Below are positions 17,325 to 26,579 of a stretch of DNA of 64,000 bases, in pieces. The translations under genes and the position numbers were made by a program. Location: assembly GCA_023247035.1 (NCBI GenBank), contig JAHFHG010000006.1, forward strand, positions 298 through 64,297, read 5' to 3'. Positions within the stretch are counted from its first letter, which is position 1. Each line of letters starts with the position of its first letter. This DNA is from Candidatus Omnitrophota bacterium. Its GTDB lineage: Bacteria; Omnitrophota; Omnitrophia; Omnitrophales; Aquincolibacteriaceae. The notes below the pieces were generated by a model. It saw nothing but the letters and a program-made list of their open reading frames with translations. It ran no database searches and was not told the origin of the DNA.

Positions 17325-19283
17325 GTGAAAGCCGCGCTTCCATTTCTTTCCATCCTCTATCTATCGCTCGTATTTTTCCCCGATCCGGCCGCGGTGAGCG
17401 CAGTTCCCTCGCTTTCGGATGAGGAACTTCTGGATAAAATCCAAAGGCAGAGCCTTGAATTTTTTACGGCGGAGAGAAATCTAAAAACGGGCCTGGTGCG
17501 CGACAGGGCGGATAATTTTAAAACCGGAAAGCCCGGCGCGGCAAGTATAGCCTCCGTAGGATTCGCGCTGACGGCCTTCGGGGTAGGCGTTTCAAGAAAC
17601 TGGCTCGACCGCGAGGCCGCCCGCGAAATGACCCGCAGGACTCTTGATTTCTTTCTGCGTTCCGCGCCGCAGGAACACGGTTTTTTTTATCATTTTTTGG
17701 ATATGGAGACAGGCAAACGGGCGCATCGCTCCGAGCTGTCTCCCATTGACACGGCCCTTTTTTTAGCGGGCGCGCTCTTTGCCGCAGAGTTCTACGGCGA
17801 TCCCCAGATCCGGGAGCTGGCCGAGAAAATTTATGAGCGGGTGGATTGGCCGTGGTTCTTGCACGGGGGTGAAACGCTGGCTCTTTCCTGGTCTCCGGAA
17901 GAAGGATTTAACAAACAAAGGTGGGATCATTATAACGAATCCATGATCCTCTACCTCCTGGCCGTCGGCTCGCCGGCTCATCCGATTCCGGCCTCAAGCT
18001 GGCGCGCCCAGCTAAGGCCCGTCGGAAGTTACGGGCCCTTCCGTTTGATACAGTTTCCGCCGCTTTTCGGCCACCAGTATTCCCATATTTGGATGGATTT
18101 CAGGGATAAAAATGACGGGTATGCGGATTATTTTAAAAATTCGCTTCAGGCCACCCTCGCCAACCGCAAGTTTTGTGTGGATCAGGCCTCCCGGTTTGAA
18201 AGTTACGGACCGAATTCCTGGGGACTGACAGCCTCCGACGGGCCTTTCGGATACCGCGCTTACGGCGCTCCGCCGGGCTGGGCCCAGCACGACGGAACGG
18301 TTGCTCCCACGGCCTGCGGGAGCTCGATCGTGTTTACGCCCAAAGAATCGCTGGCCTGCCTGCGCTACTTTTACGAAAATCTCGGCGGTAAACTGTGGGG
18401 GCGTTACGGATTTTCCGACGCGTTTAATCTCGACAGAAAATGGTTCGATACCGAGGTGATCGGGATCGATCAGGGCGCGCTTCTTTTGATGATCGAGAAC
18501 TACCGGACGGGCTTAATTTGGAAAACGATGAGCCGTAACGCCGCTTTAGAACGGGCCGCGAAGGCGGTGGGTTTTAAGCCGGGAACGATGGCCATCTCTT
18601 GGCCGGAGCCCCCTGAATATCGCGCCCCTTATGTTTTCGGCGGAATCCAAGTCGACGGCCTTTTTAAGGATTGGCCGAATGGCCCTTCGATTCACCTCGA
18701 CCGTTCCTCGCTGGAGTTGGGAAATGTTAAGGATGATCTTGATCTCAGCGGGGACATCCGGTTTGCCTGGGATGAAAAGGCCCTTTACTTTGCCGCGGCG
18801 GTGAAGGATGAGAGCCTCGTTATGAAAAAAACGGGCAAAAATATCTGGCTGGACGACTTAATCGAGATTTATATTGATGCGAAAGGCGACGGGCTTTATT
18901 GGTATGATAAAAAGGATTTTCAAATCGGCTTTCGCCCGCACATTGAAGACGGAGGGGCGGAGGTGTGGTCCTGGTTTCAAGGAGGGGAAGATCTTTTGCA
19001 AAGCGGCCAATCCGCCGCGCGAAGTTTTGTAGACACAAAAGGGTATTGGCTTGAGGGCGCGATTTTATGGAGTTATTTGGGAATTTCACCTCAAGCAGTC
19101 TCCGAGATCCGTGCGTCTGTGGCGATTCACGATTCGGACGGGGACCGGAGCGCTGCAAAACTTCACTGGTTTTTTCGAAACGAACAGGACTTTCAACGGT
19201 TCGCGCTGGGGAAAGTGATTCTGGAAGGAAAGGCAAAAGTGAAAAGACAAAAGGAAAAAGTGCAAGGGAAAAGTCAAAAATGA
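17325..19283 (+). CDS. Secreted (alpha/alpha)6-type glycoside-hydrolase-like protein (GH144 / 'putative glucoamylase'-like) with a C-terminal CBM9-like domain.
   Basis: Signal peptide. 'YHFLDMETGK...SPIDTALFLAGALFAAEFYGDP' and 'GIDQGALLLMIENYRTGLIWK' resemble the putative-glucoamylase / beta-1,2-glucanase fold. The C-terminal 'DGLFKDWPNG...DIRFAWDEKALYFAAAVKDESL...IEIYIDAKGDG' is CBM9/DOMON-like. Confidence 0.5.
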   Translation: MKAALPFLSILYLSLVFFPDPAAVSAVPSLSDEELLDKIQRQSLEFFTAERNLKTGLVRDRADNFKTGKPGAASIASVGFALTAFGVGVSRNWLDREAAREMTRRTLDFFLRSAPQEHGFFYHFLDMETGKRAHRSELSPIDTALFLAGALFAAEFYGDPQIRELAEKIYERVDWPWFLHGGETLALSWSPEEGFNKQRWDHYNESMILYLLAVGSPAHPIPASSWRAQLRPVGSYGPFRLIQFPPLFGHQYSHIWMDFRDKNDGYADYFKNSLQATLANRKFCVDQASRFESYGPNSWGLTASDGPFGYRAYGAPPGWAQHDGTVAPTACGSSIVFTPKESLACLRYFYENLGGKLWGRYGFSDAFNLDRKWFDTEVIGIDQGALLLMIENYRTGLIWKTMSRNAALERAAKAVGFKPGTMAISWPEPPEYRAPYVFGGIQVDGLFKDWPNGPSIHLDRSSLELGNVKDDLDLSGDIRFAWDEKALYFAAAVKDESLVMKKTGKNIWLDDLIEIYIDAKGDGLYWYDKKDFQIGFRPHIEDGGAEVWSWFQGGEDLLQSGQSAARSFVDTKGYWLEGAILWSYLGISPQAVSEIRASVAIHDSDGDRSAAKLHWFFRNEQDFQRFALGKVILEGKAKVKRQKEKVQGKSQK

Positions 19284-19366
19284 TAACTCATTGGATGAGG
19301 TCTCATTTTTCTTTTCCTTTTGACTTGTATTTTTACCTTTTTCGTTTTTACTTTTGACTTCATTTT
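19267..19366. repeat. Intergenic structured element, copy B. The GGAAAAGTCAAAAATG arm overlaps the last codons of the upstream gene.
   Basis: 'AAAAGTCAAAAA...(nested hairpin CTCATTGGATGAG)...CCTTTTGACTTGTATTTTTACCTTTTTCGTTTTTACTTTTGACTTCATTTTATGC' shares the core of copy A at 3211-3316. Confidence 0.6.
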
Positions 19367-20008
19367 ATGCCGCACAAAAAAGAAGAATCCTTTTATCAAA
19401 CCCTTGGAAATGAGATCCAAAAAAAGGCCGGCCGGGGCTTGGACGGCCAGAGGCTGGATCTTCCCGCGGTCATCCGCAAGTTACGCAAAGAAAAAAAATT
19501 TTCGGGCGTAGACTTTTGCCGGAAAGCGGGGGATTTGGACCCGAGGACTTTAACGGCTCTTGAGAAAGGCCGGATTCAAAATCCCTCCATCAAGACGCTT
19601 CAATCCGTTGCGCGCGGGCTTGGGATCACGGTCAGCGAGATCTTCCGTGAAGCGGAAACCGAAAAAGAAGAATACTTTTATGCAGGCTCCCAGAAGGGGG
19701 CGTACCAGATTGATTTTCCCAGGCACGGCATCAAGGCGATTTCTTTTACGCCTTTTACGAAGGACTTTTTTTGCGGCAAGATGATTTTCGGGCCTCATAA
19801 ACGCCTGGATCAAACCTTCTTCCAACACCGGTTCCCTTTATTCATTTGGGTTTTGGTCGGACGTTTTGAGATTACGGTCGAACAAAAGCATCTTGTGCTG
19901 CGGGAGGGGGATAATCTTTATTTTAATGGCATTTTAAAACATTTTTTTTATAATCCTCTTGAGCGGGAATCTGTATTTTTAATGATTACCGCTCCTACAT
20001 TCTTGTAA
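19367..20008 (+). CDS. XRE-family HTH transcriptional regulator with a C-terminal cupin domain.
   Basis: HTH_XRE 'LRKEKKFSGVDFCRKAGDLDPRTLTALEKGRIQNPSIKTLQSVARGLGITVSEIF'. The C-terminal 'LVLREGDNLYFNGILKHFFYNP' is cupin-like. Confidence 0.75.
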   Translation: MPHKKEESFYQTLGNEIQKKAGRGLDGQRLDLPAVIRKLRKEKKFSGVDFCRKAGDLDPRTLTALEKGRIQNPSIKTLQSVARGLGITVSEIFREAETEKEEYFYAGSQKGAYQIDFPRHGIKAISFTPFTKDFFCGKMIFGPHKRLDQTFFQHRFPLFIWVLVGRFEITVEQKHLVLREGDNLYFNGILKHFFYNPLERESVFLMITAPTFL

Positions 20009-20097
20009 CTGGTTTAAAATTAAGCCCTTAGGATTTGATGCCGATATTCAATGGATGCTCGAATAAAGAGTGCGGAACGCCTACCTTTCAAAAAGTG

Positions 20098-21801
20098 ATG
20101 AAAAATAAAAAAGCGGCGGCGGGGTTATTCCGGCCCTATGAATTATGGATCAGGCTGACGGCGGTTTCGATTTCCGCCGTTGTTCTTTTTTTGTTTCCGG
20201 CTTCCTTGCAATCGCAGCCTTCCCAGGACCGGCAAATCCACCCTTCCCTACAGGACCAAGTCAAAGTCATGCGCCTGGACCGTTACCAAAAAATGCCTTA
20301 TCTGGACAGGGACATTGTCCGTGCGGAAATCAATCCCGAAAAAATTAAAGAAAAATCGGAGTTTTTATCCGGCAAAGAAAAACACTTGCAAGACTTGATT
20401 TCCCGCGCGGTCAGGGTTTACACGCCCGCCCGCGCTGCGCGTGAGCGGATCTCGCTTGCGCGCCGCCGGATTATCGCGGCAATCCGGGATCTTTTTCCTG
20501 AAGCAAGTTTTGAATACCAGAAGAAGGGCGGCACCCTTTCCGCCAGCCGATTTAATTCGAGAAACTACAAGTTTAGTTTTCGCCAGCCTATTTTCAGAGG
20601 CGGGATTTTGTGGAATACTTTACTTCAGGAAAAGGCCGGACTTGAGGCGGCAGAGAAAGAGTACGACTCCGTGATTGAGGATCTCATGAGGGAGGTTTCG
20701 AATTCCTATTTTGAATACAACCGCGCCCTTCAGGTGGTCAATAATCAGAGCCAGGCGATTCAAAATATGCAGCATTTCATAGAAATCTCAAAACGTAAAT
20801 TTTCGGAAAATATTGTTTCAGAGATTGAGAATCTCAACGTTCAGTCCCTCTTCAGCCAAGTCCAGTACGATCACGAAACCTCCAAACAGGAGCTTGAGCT
20901 GGCCAAACTTGAACTGCAAAGATATCTGGATTTGGAAGTCGACGATCATATCGTCATTGCCTCGATTTACGAGCTTGACAGTTTGCTGAAGCTCCAGGAA
21001 AAAAGCAGCGCTTCAGGAGGAGACAAGAGCGGCGATCTTTTCCAGGAGGACCGCGTGGTCCCTCCGCTTGCCGATTTGATTGATGTGGCCTACTTGAACC
21101 GTTCCAAATTGCAGGTCGAGGCCGCAAAACTGGAATCGGCCAGGCTACAGGAAAGGGTCCGATGGGGAGCTTTCATGCCGAAGGTCGATGCCATTCTTGA
21201 TTTTGGGAAAACGGGAGAAGCCTTCGACAGTCAGAGCATGGAACCCGGACTTCGCAAAGAATTCCGATTTGGGCTTGAATTTACCTGGAATGTCGCAGGA
21301 AACAAGGTGGAATACACTTATGAGCACGACGAAAAGCCGCCTTCCATATCCCAGTTCCTGCAGGGCGACGGCTCCTCGAGCAGACGGAATTCCATCAACG
21401 TAGGAATCCTGGACGGACTGGACACCTTCGCTTCGGTTAAAGAGGCCGAGGTTTCCCGGCTTGAGCAAGTTGAGCAGCTTGAGAAGATAGAAAAAGAAGT
21501 GCTCCAAGAAGTCAAAGAGGCCTATTTTGATTACCAGAAAGCCCGTATCCGTTTGACCTCGACCCTTCAGCGCGTTTCCTACAGGCGGCGTTTGGAAGCG
21601 CTGGCGAAATACCGTCTGCAAAAAAATGAAATCCAGATCTCGGAATATTTGCAGTCCGGCATTGATCTTCTTCAGGAAGTAGCCACCCTTCATAAGGCCC
21701 TTGCGGAATATTTTACGGCCAAGGCCAAGCTGAATCACGCGATCGGCAAGCACAACTATTTTCCGATTGTGAGGCTGCAAGGGGTGACGTCGAATGGTTG
21801 A
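20098..21801 (+). CDS. TolC-family outer-membrane efflux protein.
   Basis: Signal peptide from 'MKNKKAAAGL...'. It has two OEP-like repeat halves with coiled-coil motifs such as 'SYFEYNRALQVVNNQSQAIQNMQ'. The ORF track starts at 20035. Confidence 0.8.
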   Translation: MKNKKAAAGLFRPYELWIRLTAVSISAVVLFLFPASLQSQPSQDRQIHPSLQDQVKVMRLDRYQKMPYLDRDIVRAEINPEKIKEKSEFLSGKEKHLQDLISRAVRVYTPARAARERISLARRRIIAAIRDLFPEASFEYQKKGGTLSASRFNSRNYKFSFRQPIFRGGILWNTLLQEKAGLEAAEKEYDSVIEDLMREVSNSYFEYNRALQVVNNQSQAIQNMQHFIEISKRKFSENIVSEIENLNVQSLFSQVQYDHETSKQELELAKLELQRYLDLEVDDHIVIASIYELDSLLKLQEKSSASGGDKSGDLFQEDRVVPPLADLIDVAYLNRSKLQVEAAKLESARLQERVRWGAFMPKVDAILDFGKTGEAFDSQSMEPGLRKEFRFGLEFTWNVAGNKVEYTYEHDEKPPSISQFLQGDGSSSRRNSINVGILDGLDTFASVKEAEVSRLEQVEQLEKIEKEVLQEVKEAYFDYQKARIRLTSTLQRVSYRRRLEALAKYRLQKNEIQISEYLQSGIDLLQEVATLHKALAEYFTAKAKLNHAIGKHNYFPIVRLQGVTSNG

Positions 21802-23320
21802 AGTCACGCCGCCGCAGGATCCGGGGAAAAAAAATCCCCTTCAGAAACTCAACGAACTTTTTAAAAAAATTCCTCAAAATTTCGGACAGATTTCCGGGCG
21901 CCTTAAAAAAAAGTTTTCCTTTTTAAGCCGGCTTCCGGAATTAAAAACGCCTGCTTCTCTGGCCTCGCTTCAGGACAAACTTCCCGCTCCTTTACGGCCC
22001 GTTTTTGAAAAACACCATAAAAAAATCAGCATTGCACTCGCCCTCCTCCTTCTTTTTGGATTCGGCTCGGCGATCAAAAACATGGTCGCGTGGAAAAAAC
22101 ACAAGGTTTCTTTAAAAGAAGCTGTTTCACAAAAGGCCGATGAAGAATCCGTGCCCGTGGCGGTCAAAGGCTTCAAAGTCGGGCGTTTTAATTTCGAGGA
22201 TTCCTTGAACGCGCTTGGAACGATCAAAGGGGCGGTGGAATTCAAGCTCAGTTTTGAGGTTCCCGGCACCATCAGTTCGATCAATTACCGGGAAGGTGAA
22301 AGGTACGAGGAAGGGGCGCTTCTGGTTTCGCTGCGCCAGGACGATGTTTTGCTCCGGCTGAAACGCGCCCAGGCGGAGCTCAATAAGTCCCAAACGCAGG
22401 TTCAGATTGTGGAAGTGAAGGTCCGGGAGCACGAAAAATTGCTGGCCATGGGCGCCATTCCCCAAACGACTCTGGATAATGTAAAATTAGAACTTGAATC
22501 TTCAAAATTCGAAGCCGAGGCAGCCCGTTTAGAGGTCAAGGCCAACGAGGCGATGCTTGAAAAATCAAACCTTTACGCCCCGTCTGCCGGAATGATCGGG
22601 CAGCTTAATATTGAGGAAGGGGAAACCGTCAGTCCCAATACCCTTCTCGGCACTCACATTATGACGGAATATGTTTACGCGGAATTCGGCATTGTCGAAA
22701 GGGACGTGAACAAAATTGCCCTGGGCCAGAAAGCCAGGGTTTTTGTGGACGCCTTCCCGGACAAAACGTTTGAAGGAGTCATTGAAAATGTTTCCCCTGT
22801 CGTGGCCGGAACAAGCCGGACCGCCACCGCCAAAGTGAGGATTGAAAATCCGGACCGCTTTCTTTTGCCCGGTATGTTTGCGCGCATCCGGATCCTTCTC
22901 TACAGTAAGAAAAATACTTTAGTGGTTCCGACTGATGCGATTCAAGGAGGAGAAGGCGAGCAGTTTATCTATGTGATCCACACAAGCAAGACGGCCGAGA
23001 AGCAGTCTAAAGAAGGAATCACGGAAGAAGGCAAACTCTTGACGCCCGGAACGCCGGAATTAGCGGGCCAAAAAAAGGGCGCGCAGGCAAAAGTTATTCC
23101 GCAAGGCAAAAAGGCGTCCTCAGGAACCGTTGAGCCGGCCGAGGCCCCCGCTCAGGATTACGTGGAGAAACGCGCCGTTACGGTCGGCTACAAACGCCCG
23201 GATTACTGCCAGATTGATGCGGGTATTTCAGAAGGGGAGGTGGTGGCTATCTCTGGATTTGAACGTCTTGAGGACGGCAAGAAGGTCCGTCTTCTTGAAA
23301 TCCAGGAAGCAGAGGTCTAG
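21794..23320 (+). CDS. RND efflux periplasmic adaptor (membrane fusion protein, HlyD/AcrA-like).
   Basis: A single TM follows an ~85-aa N-terminal extension. Biotinyl-lipoyl / beta-barrel motifs include 'YAPSAGMIGQLNIEEGETVSPNTLLG'. The ATG overlaps the OEP stop (ATGGTTGA). Confidence 0.8.
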   Translation: MVEVTPPQDPGKKNPLQKLNELFKKIPQNFGQISGRLKKKFSFLSRLPELKTPASLASLQDKLPAPLRPVFEKHHKKISIALALLLLFGFGSAIKNMVAWKKHKVSLKEAVSQKADEESVPVAVKGFKVGRFNFEDSLNALGTIKGAVEFKLSFEVPGTISSINYREGERYEEGALLVSLRQDDVLLRLKRAQAELNKSQTQVQIVEVKVREHEKLLAMGAIPQTTLDNVKLELESSKFEAEAARLEVKANEAMLEKSNLYAPSAGMIGQLNIEEGETVSPNTLLGTHIMTEYVYAEFGIVERDVNKIALGQKARVFVDAFPDKTFEGVIENVSPVVAGTSRTATAKVRIENPDRFLLPGMFARIRILLYSKKNTLVVPTDAIQGGEGEQFIYVIHTSKTAEKQSKEGITEEGKLLTPGTPELAGQKKGAQAKVIPQGKKASSGTVEPAEAPAQDYVEKRAVTVGYKRPDYCQIDAGISEGEVVAISGFERLEDGKKVRLLEIQEAEV

Positions 23321-23326
23321 AAGCCC

Positions 23327-26300
23327 ATGGCATTACCCGAACTGGTCGTCAAAAAAAAAGTTACGGTCATGATGCTCACACTCGGGTTAATGGGAATGGG
23401 GCTGATATCCTTTGTAAGGCTGCCCCAGGAACTTTTCCCTCCGATTGTATTTCCTCAAATTACCGTTATCACCGATTACGTCAACGCCGCTCCTGAAGAA
23501 GTCGAAACCCTTATTACCAAGCCCATTGAAGAAGCCGTGGGTTCCGCGTCGGGTTTGAAGCGTATCGAATCGGTCTCCCGCGAAGGGCGCAGCACGGTCA
23601 TCGTTTCCTTTAACTGGGGGCAGAACGTCGACTTCGCCGCTCTGGCGATCCGCGAAAAAATCGATCTGATCAAAGAACGTCTCCCCAAAGAAGCCTCGGA
23701 TCCCGTTGTTTTGAAATTCGATCCTTTGACGCGGCCGATTGTGATCCTTTCGGTCACCGGCCAAAATACTCAGCCTGTCCAGCTCAAGCTGTACGCGGAG
23801 AAATTGTTTAAAGACAATATTGAAAAGCTGGAGGGCGTCGCTTCTGCAACGATTTCAGGAGGGCTTGACCGGGAAATCCTGATTGACATTGATCAAGCCC
23901 GGCTTCAGGCCAATCATATTTCTACCCTGGAAGTGATTGACGCGGTCGAGAAAACCAATATCTCTTATCCCGCGGGAAGCATCAAAAAAGGGCTTTACGA
24001 ATACCTCATCCGGACGGTCGGCGAATACCGTTCCGTGAAGGAAATCGGATACTCCGTGATTGGCGTCGATGAGGTGAAAAAGGTCAGGCGCGAGGATACC
24101 AGTTTTCTTGAAAAGGGAAGCGAGGGGCCGAGAGAAACGATGGATTCGCTGCGCTCCGACGACAAACGCCGTCTTTTCGATAAAAGGCTTGTTTTGGTCC
24201 GGGACATTGCGGATGTCGTGGACGGTTTCTCGGAGCGGACCAGCATCTCCCGGCACAATCAGGAAGAAAATGTTTCGATCTCGATTCAAAAACAGGCCAG
24301 CGCCAATACCATTCAAGTCGTCGACAGGGTTTTGAAGACGCTTGATTTTTTAAAAGAGGACATCGAATCGCGAGGCCTGCGTTATGACGTTATTTATGAC
24401 CACTCCGTTTTTATCCGAAAATCCTTAAGCGATCTCGCAAACGACGCCGTAACGGGAGGTTTTCTCGCCTTTTTAGTGCTTTTATTTTCCCTCCGCGCGG
24501 GCGGGCCGGCCCTTTTGACGACGCTTTCCATTCCGATGACGATTATCGGGACTTTTTTTCTTATGGGCATGGGAGGGATTACGCTGAATACGATGTCCCT
24601 GGGCGGCCTTGCCCTCGGCGCGGGAATGATTGTGGATACCAGTATTGTGGTGCTCGAAAATATTTTCAGGCACCGCCAGCTCGGGGCCAATCCTTATGAA
24701 GGCGCGATCCGCGGCACGAGTGAATTGGTGTGGCCCGTGATTACTTCGAACGCTACAACCATCGCTGTTTTTTTTCCTTTGATTGTTTTTGTGCCGGGCA
24801 TTCCGGGGCAGCTTTTTAAGGACCTTTCCTGGGCCATCATTTATTCCCAGATCGTTTCTACGGTGATTCCGCTTAGCTTCATTCCCATGATGTCGGTTTA
24901 CTTAAAGGTCAAGCAAGGTTCTTACAGGCCTCTTGCATGGAATCAATTTTTAGTCAAACGCCTGGTCGGAAATATCCCGCGCTCCAAGAAGATCCGCTTT
25001 GCTTTGACGGTTCTTATCGCTGCCTTTGCGGTCTGCGCGAGTTCTTTTTTCATTTTTCCGGGATTGGAAAGAGAAGTCCTGCCCAAGGTGGATCAGGGGC
25101 AGTTTCTTTTGAAAATTGAGATGCCTCTTGGAACGCGCCTTGAAGTGACCGATAAGATTTGCAAAAGCTTCGAAGAAATTTTTAAAGCGACTCCGGAAAT
25201 CAAAGACGTATCCGTGACCATCGGCTCTGAAAAGGTCAGCAAGGGGCAGGTGAAGGTCGATACCCTGAGGCCTTCCCAGGCCCTTATTCTTGTCACCTTA
25301 AAGAAGGAACGCAAAAAGACCTCCTCCGATGTGGTCAGGTCCATCCGGGAGGGCGCAAAAGTCAAGGGGCTTGAGGGCGCACAGGTTGATTTTGTGCTCC
25401 AGGAAAGTGAATTCGCGTTTGCCGAAGGCGGGACGAAACCCGTCCTGATCGAAATGAAAGGTTATGACTTTGCGCAAATGGCTGAAATGTCGGCCCAGGT
25501 CAAACACCGGCTGGAAGGCATTAAAGGAGTGATCAATGTCCAGGATGATATGGGCATGACCGCGCCGGAGACCAAGCTTGAAATCGACAAACGCCGCTCG
25601 GCCCTTTACGGGATTTCCGCCCTCGACATTTCGCTGATTACCAAAGCCGCGCTGGACGGCGTCGTGGCGACGCAGTACCGGGAAGCGGGCCGTGAATATA
25701 ATATTCGCGTGCGCTTGAATGAAAAAGACAGGCGGAATATCGACAATTTGAATAATCTTCTTCTTTATTCCAAGGTCCTGGACGCCTTGATCCCGCTCAA
25801 GGAAGCGGTGGTCATCCAGCGCGGCGTCGGGCCTAGCGAGATCAAGCGCGTGGACCAGGAGCGTACCGTGATTATATCCGCGGAGATTGATAAAAACGTA
25901 AAAAGCAAAGACGTGCTCGCCCAAGTCCAGCAGATGCTGAAAAATCTCAACCTCGCGCCGGAATCGGGAATCCACATTGCCCTTTCCGGCAAGGCCCGGG
26001 AGATCAAAGAAAGTTTCTCAAAAGTGATCTTTGCTTTTATCCTCGCGCTGATGCTGGTCTATATGATTATGGCCGCCCAGTTTGAGTCTTTCCTCCAGCC
26101 CGTGATTATTATGATCACGGTCCCGCTTGCTTTTTTCGGCGTCCTGATCGCCCTCCTCATTTCCGGGACAACCGTAAACGTCATCTCGGCTCTGGGCGTG
26201 ATTATTCTGGTGGGCACCGTCGTCAATAACGGGATTATCCTCATTGAATACACCAACCAGCTGCGCGAAGAAGGGCTGGATGTCGAAGAGGCTGCCCTGG

Positions 26301-26572
26301 AGGCCGCCAAAGTCCGCACGCGTCCGATTCTGATGAGTATGATTACTTCCGTGATGGGGCTTGTGCCTCTTGCGCTTGCGCTGGGGGAAGGGGCCGAGCT
26401 TCGCGCCCCAATGGCGGTGACGATGATGGGGGGGCTTATTTCCTCGACCTTTTTAACGCTCATTGTACTGCCTTGTTTTTATATCGTGATTACGCGCCTG
26501 ACCCAGATTTTCTTCGGAGAGTCTGAGGAGGATTTGGGCAAAGGGCTCATTATCCAGCCTGGGGGGAAATAA
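23327..26572 (+). CDS. RND efflux permease (AcrB/MdtB-like), paralog 1.
   Basis: 1081 aa with a 12-TM RND topology and large periplasmic loops, plus typical AcrB-family motifs in the TM4 and TM10 regions. Confidence 0.9.
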   Translation: MALPELVVKKKVTVMMLTLGLMGMGLISFVRLPQELFPPIVFPQITVITDYVNAAPEEVETLITKPIEEAVGSASGLKRIESVSREGRSTVIVSFNWGQNVDFAALAIREKIDLIKERLPKEASDPVVLKFDPLTRPIVILSVTGQNTQPVQLKLYAEKLFKDNIEKLEGVASATISGGLDREILIDIDQARLQANHISTLEVIDAVEKTNISYPAGSIKKGLYEYLIRTVGEYRSVKEIGYSVIGVDEVKKVRREDTSFLEKGSEGPRETMDSLRSDDKRRLFDKRLVLVRDIADVVDGFSERTSISRHNQEENVSISIQKQASANTIQVVDRVLKTLDFLKEDIESRGLRYDVIYDHSVFIRKSLSDLANDAVTGGFLAFLVLLFSLRAGGPALLTTLSIPMTIIGTFFLMGMGGITLNTMSLGGLALGAGMIVDTSIVVLENIFRHRQLGANPYEGAIRGTSELVWPVITSNATTIAVFFPLIVFVPGIPGQLFKDLSWAIIYSQIVSTVIPLSFIPMMSVYLKVKQGSYRPLAWNQFLVKRLVGNIPRSKKIRFALTVLIAAFAVCASSFFIFPGLEREVLPKVDQGQFLLKIEMPLGTRLEVTDKICKSFEEIFKATPEIKDVSVTIGSEKVSKGQVKVDTLRPSQALILVTLKKERKKTSSDVVRSIREGAKVKGLEGAQVDFVLQESEFAFAEGGTKPVLIEMKGYDFAQMAEMSAQVKHRLEGIKGVINVQDDMGMTAPETKLEIDKRRSALYGISALDISLITKAALDGVVATQYREAGREYNIRVRLNEKDRRNIDNLNNLLLYSKVLDALIPLKEAVVIQRGVGPSEIKRVDQERTVIISAEIDKNVKSKDVLAQVQQMLKNLNLAPESGIHIALSGKAREIKESFSKVIFAFILALMLVYMIMAAQFESFLQPVIIMITVPLAFFGVLIALLISGTTVNVISALGVIILVGTVVNNGIILIEYTNQLREEGLDVEEAALEAAKVRTRPILMSMITSVMGLVPLALALGEGAELRAPMAVTMMGGLISSTFLTLIVLPCFYIVITRLTQIFFGESEEDLGKGLIIQPGGK

Positions 26573-26579
26573 TCCGAAT

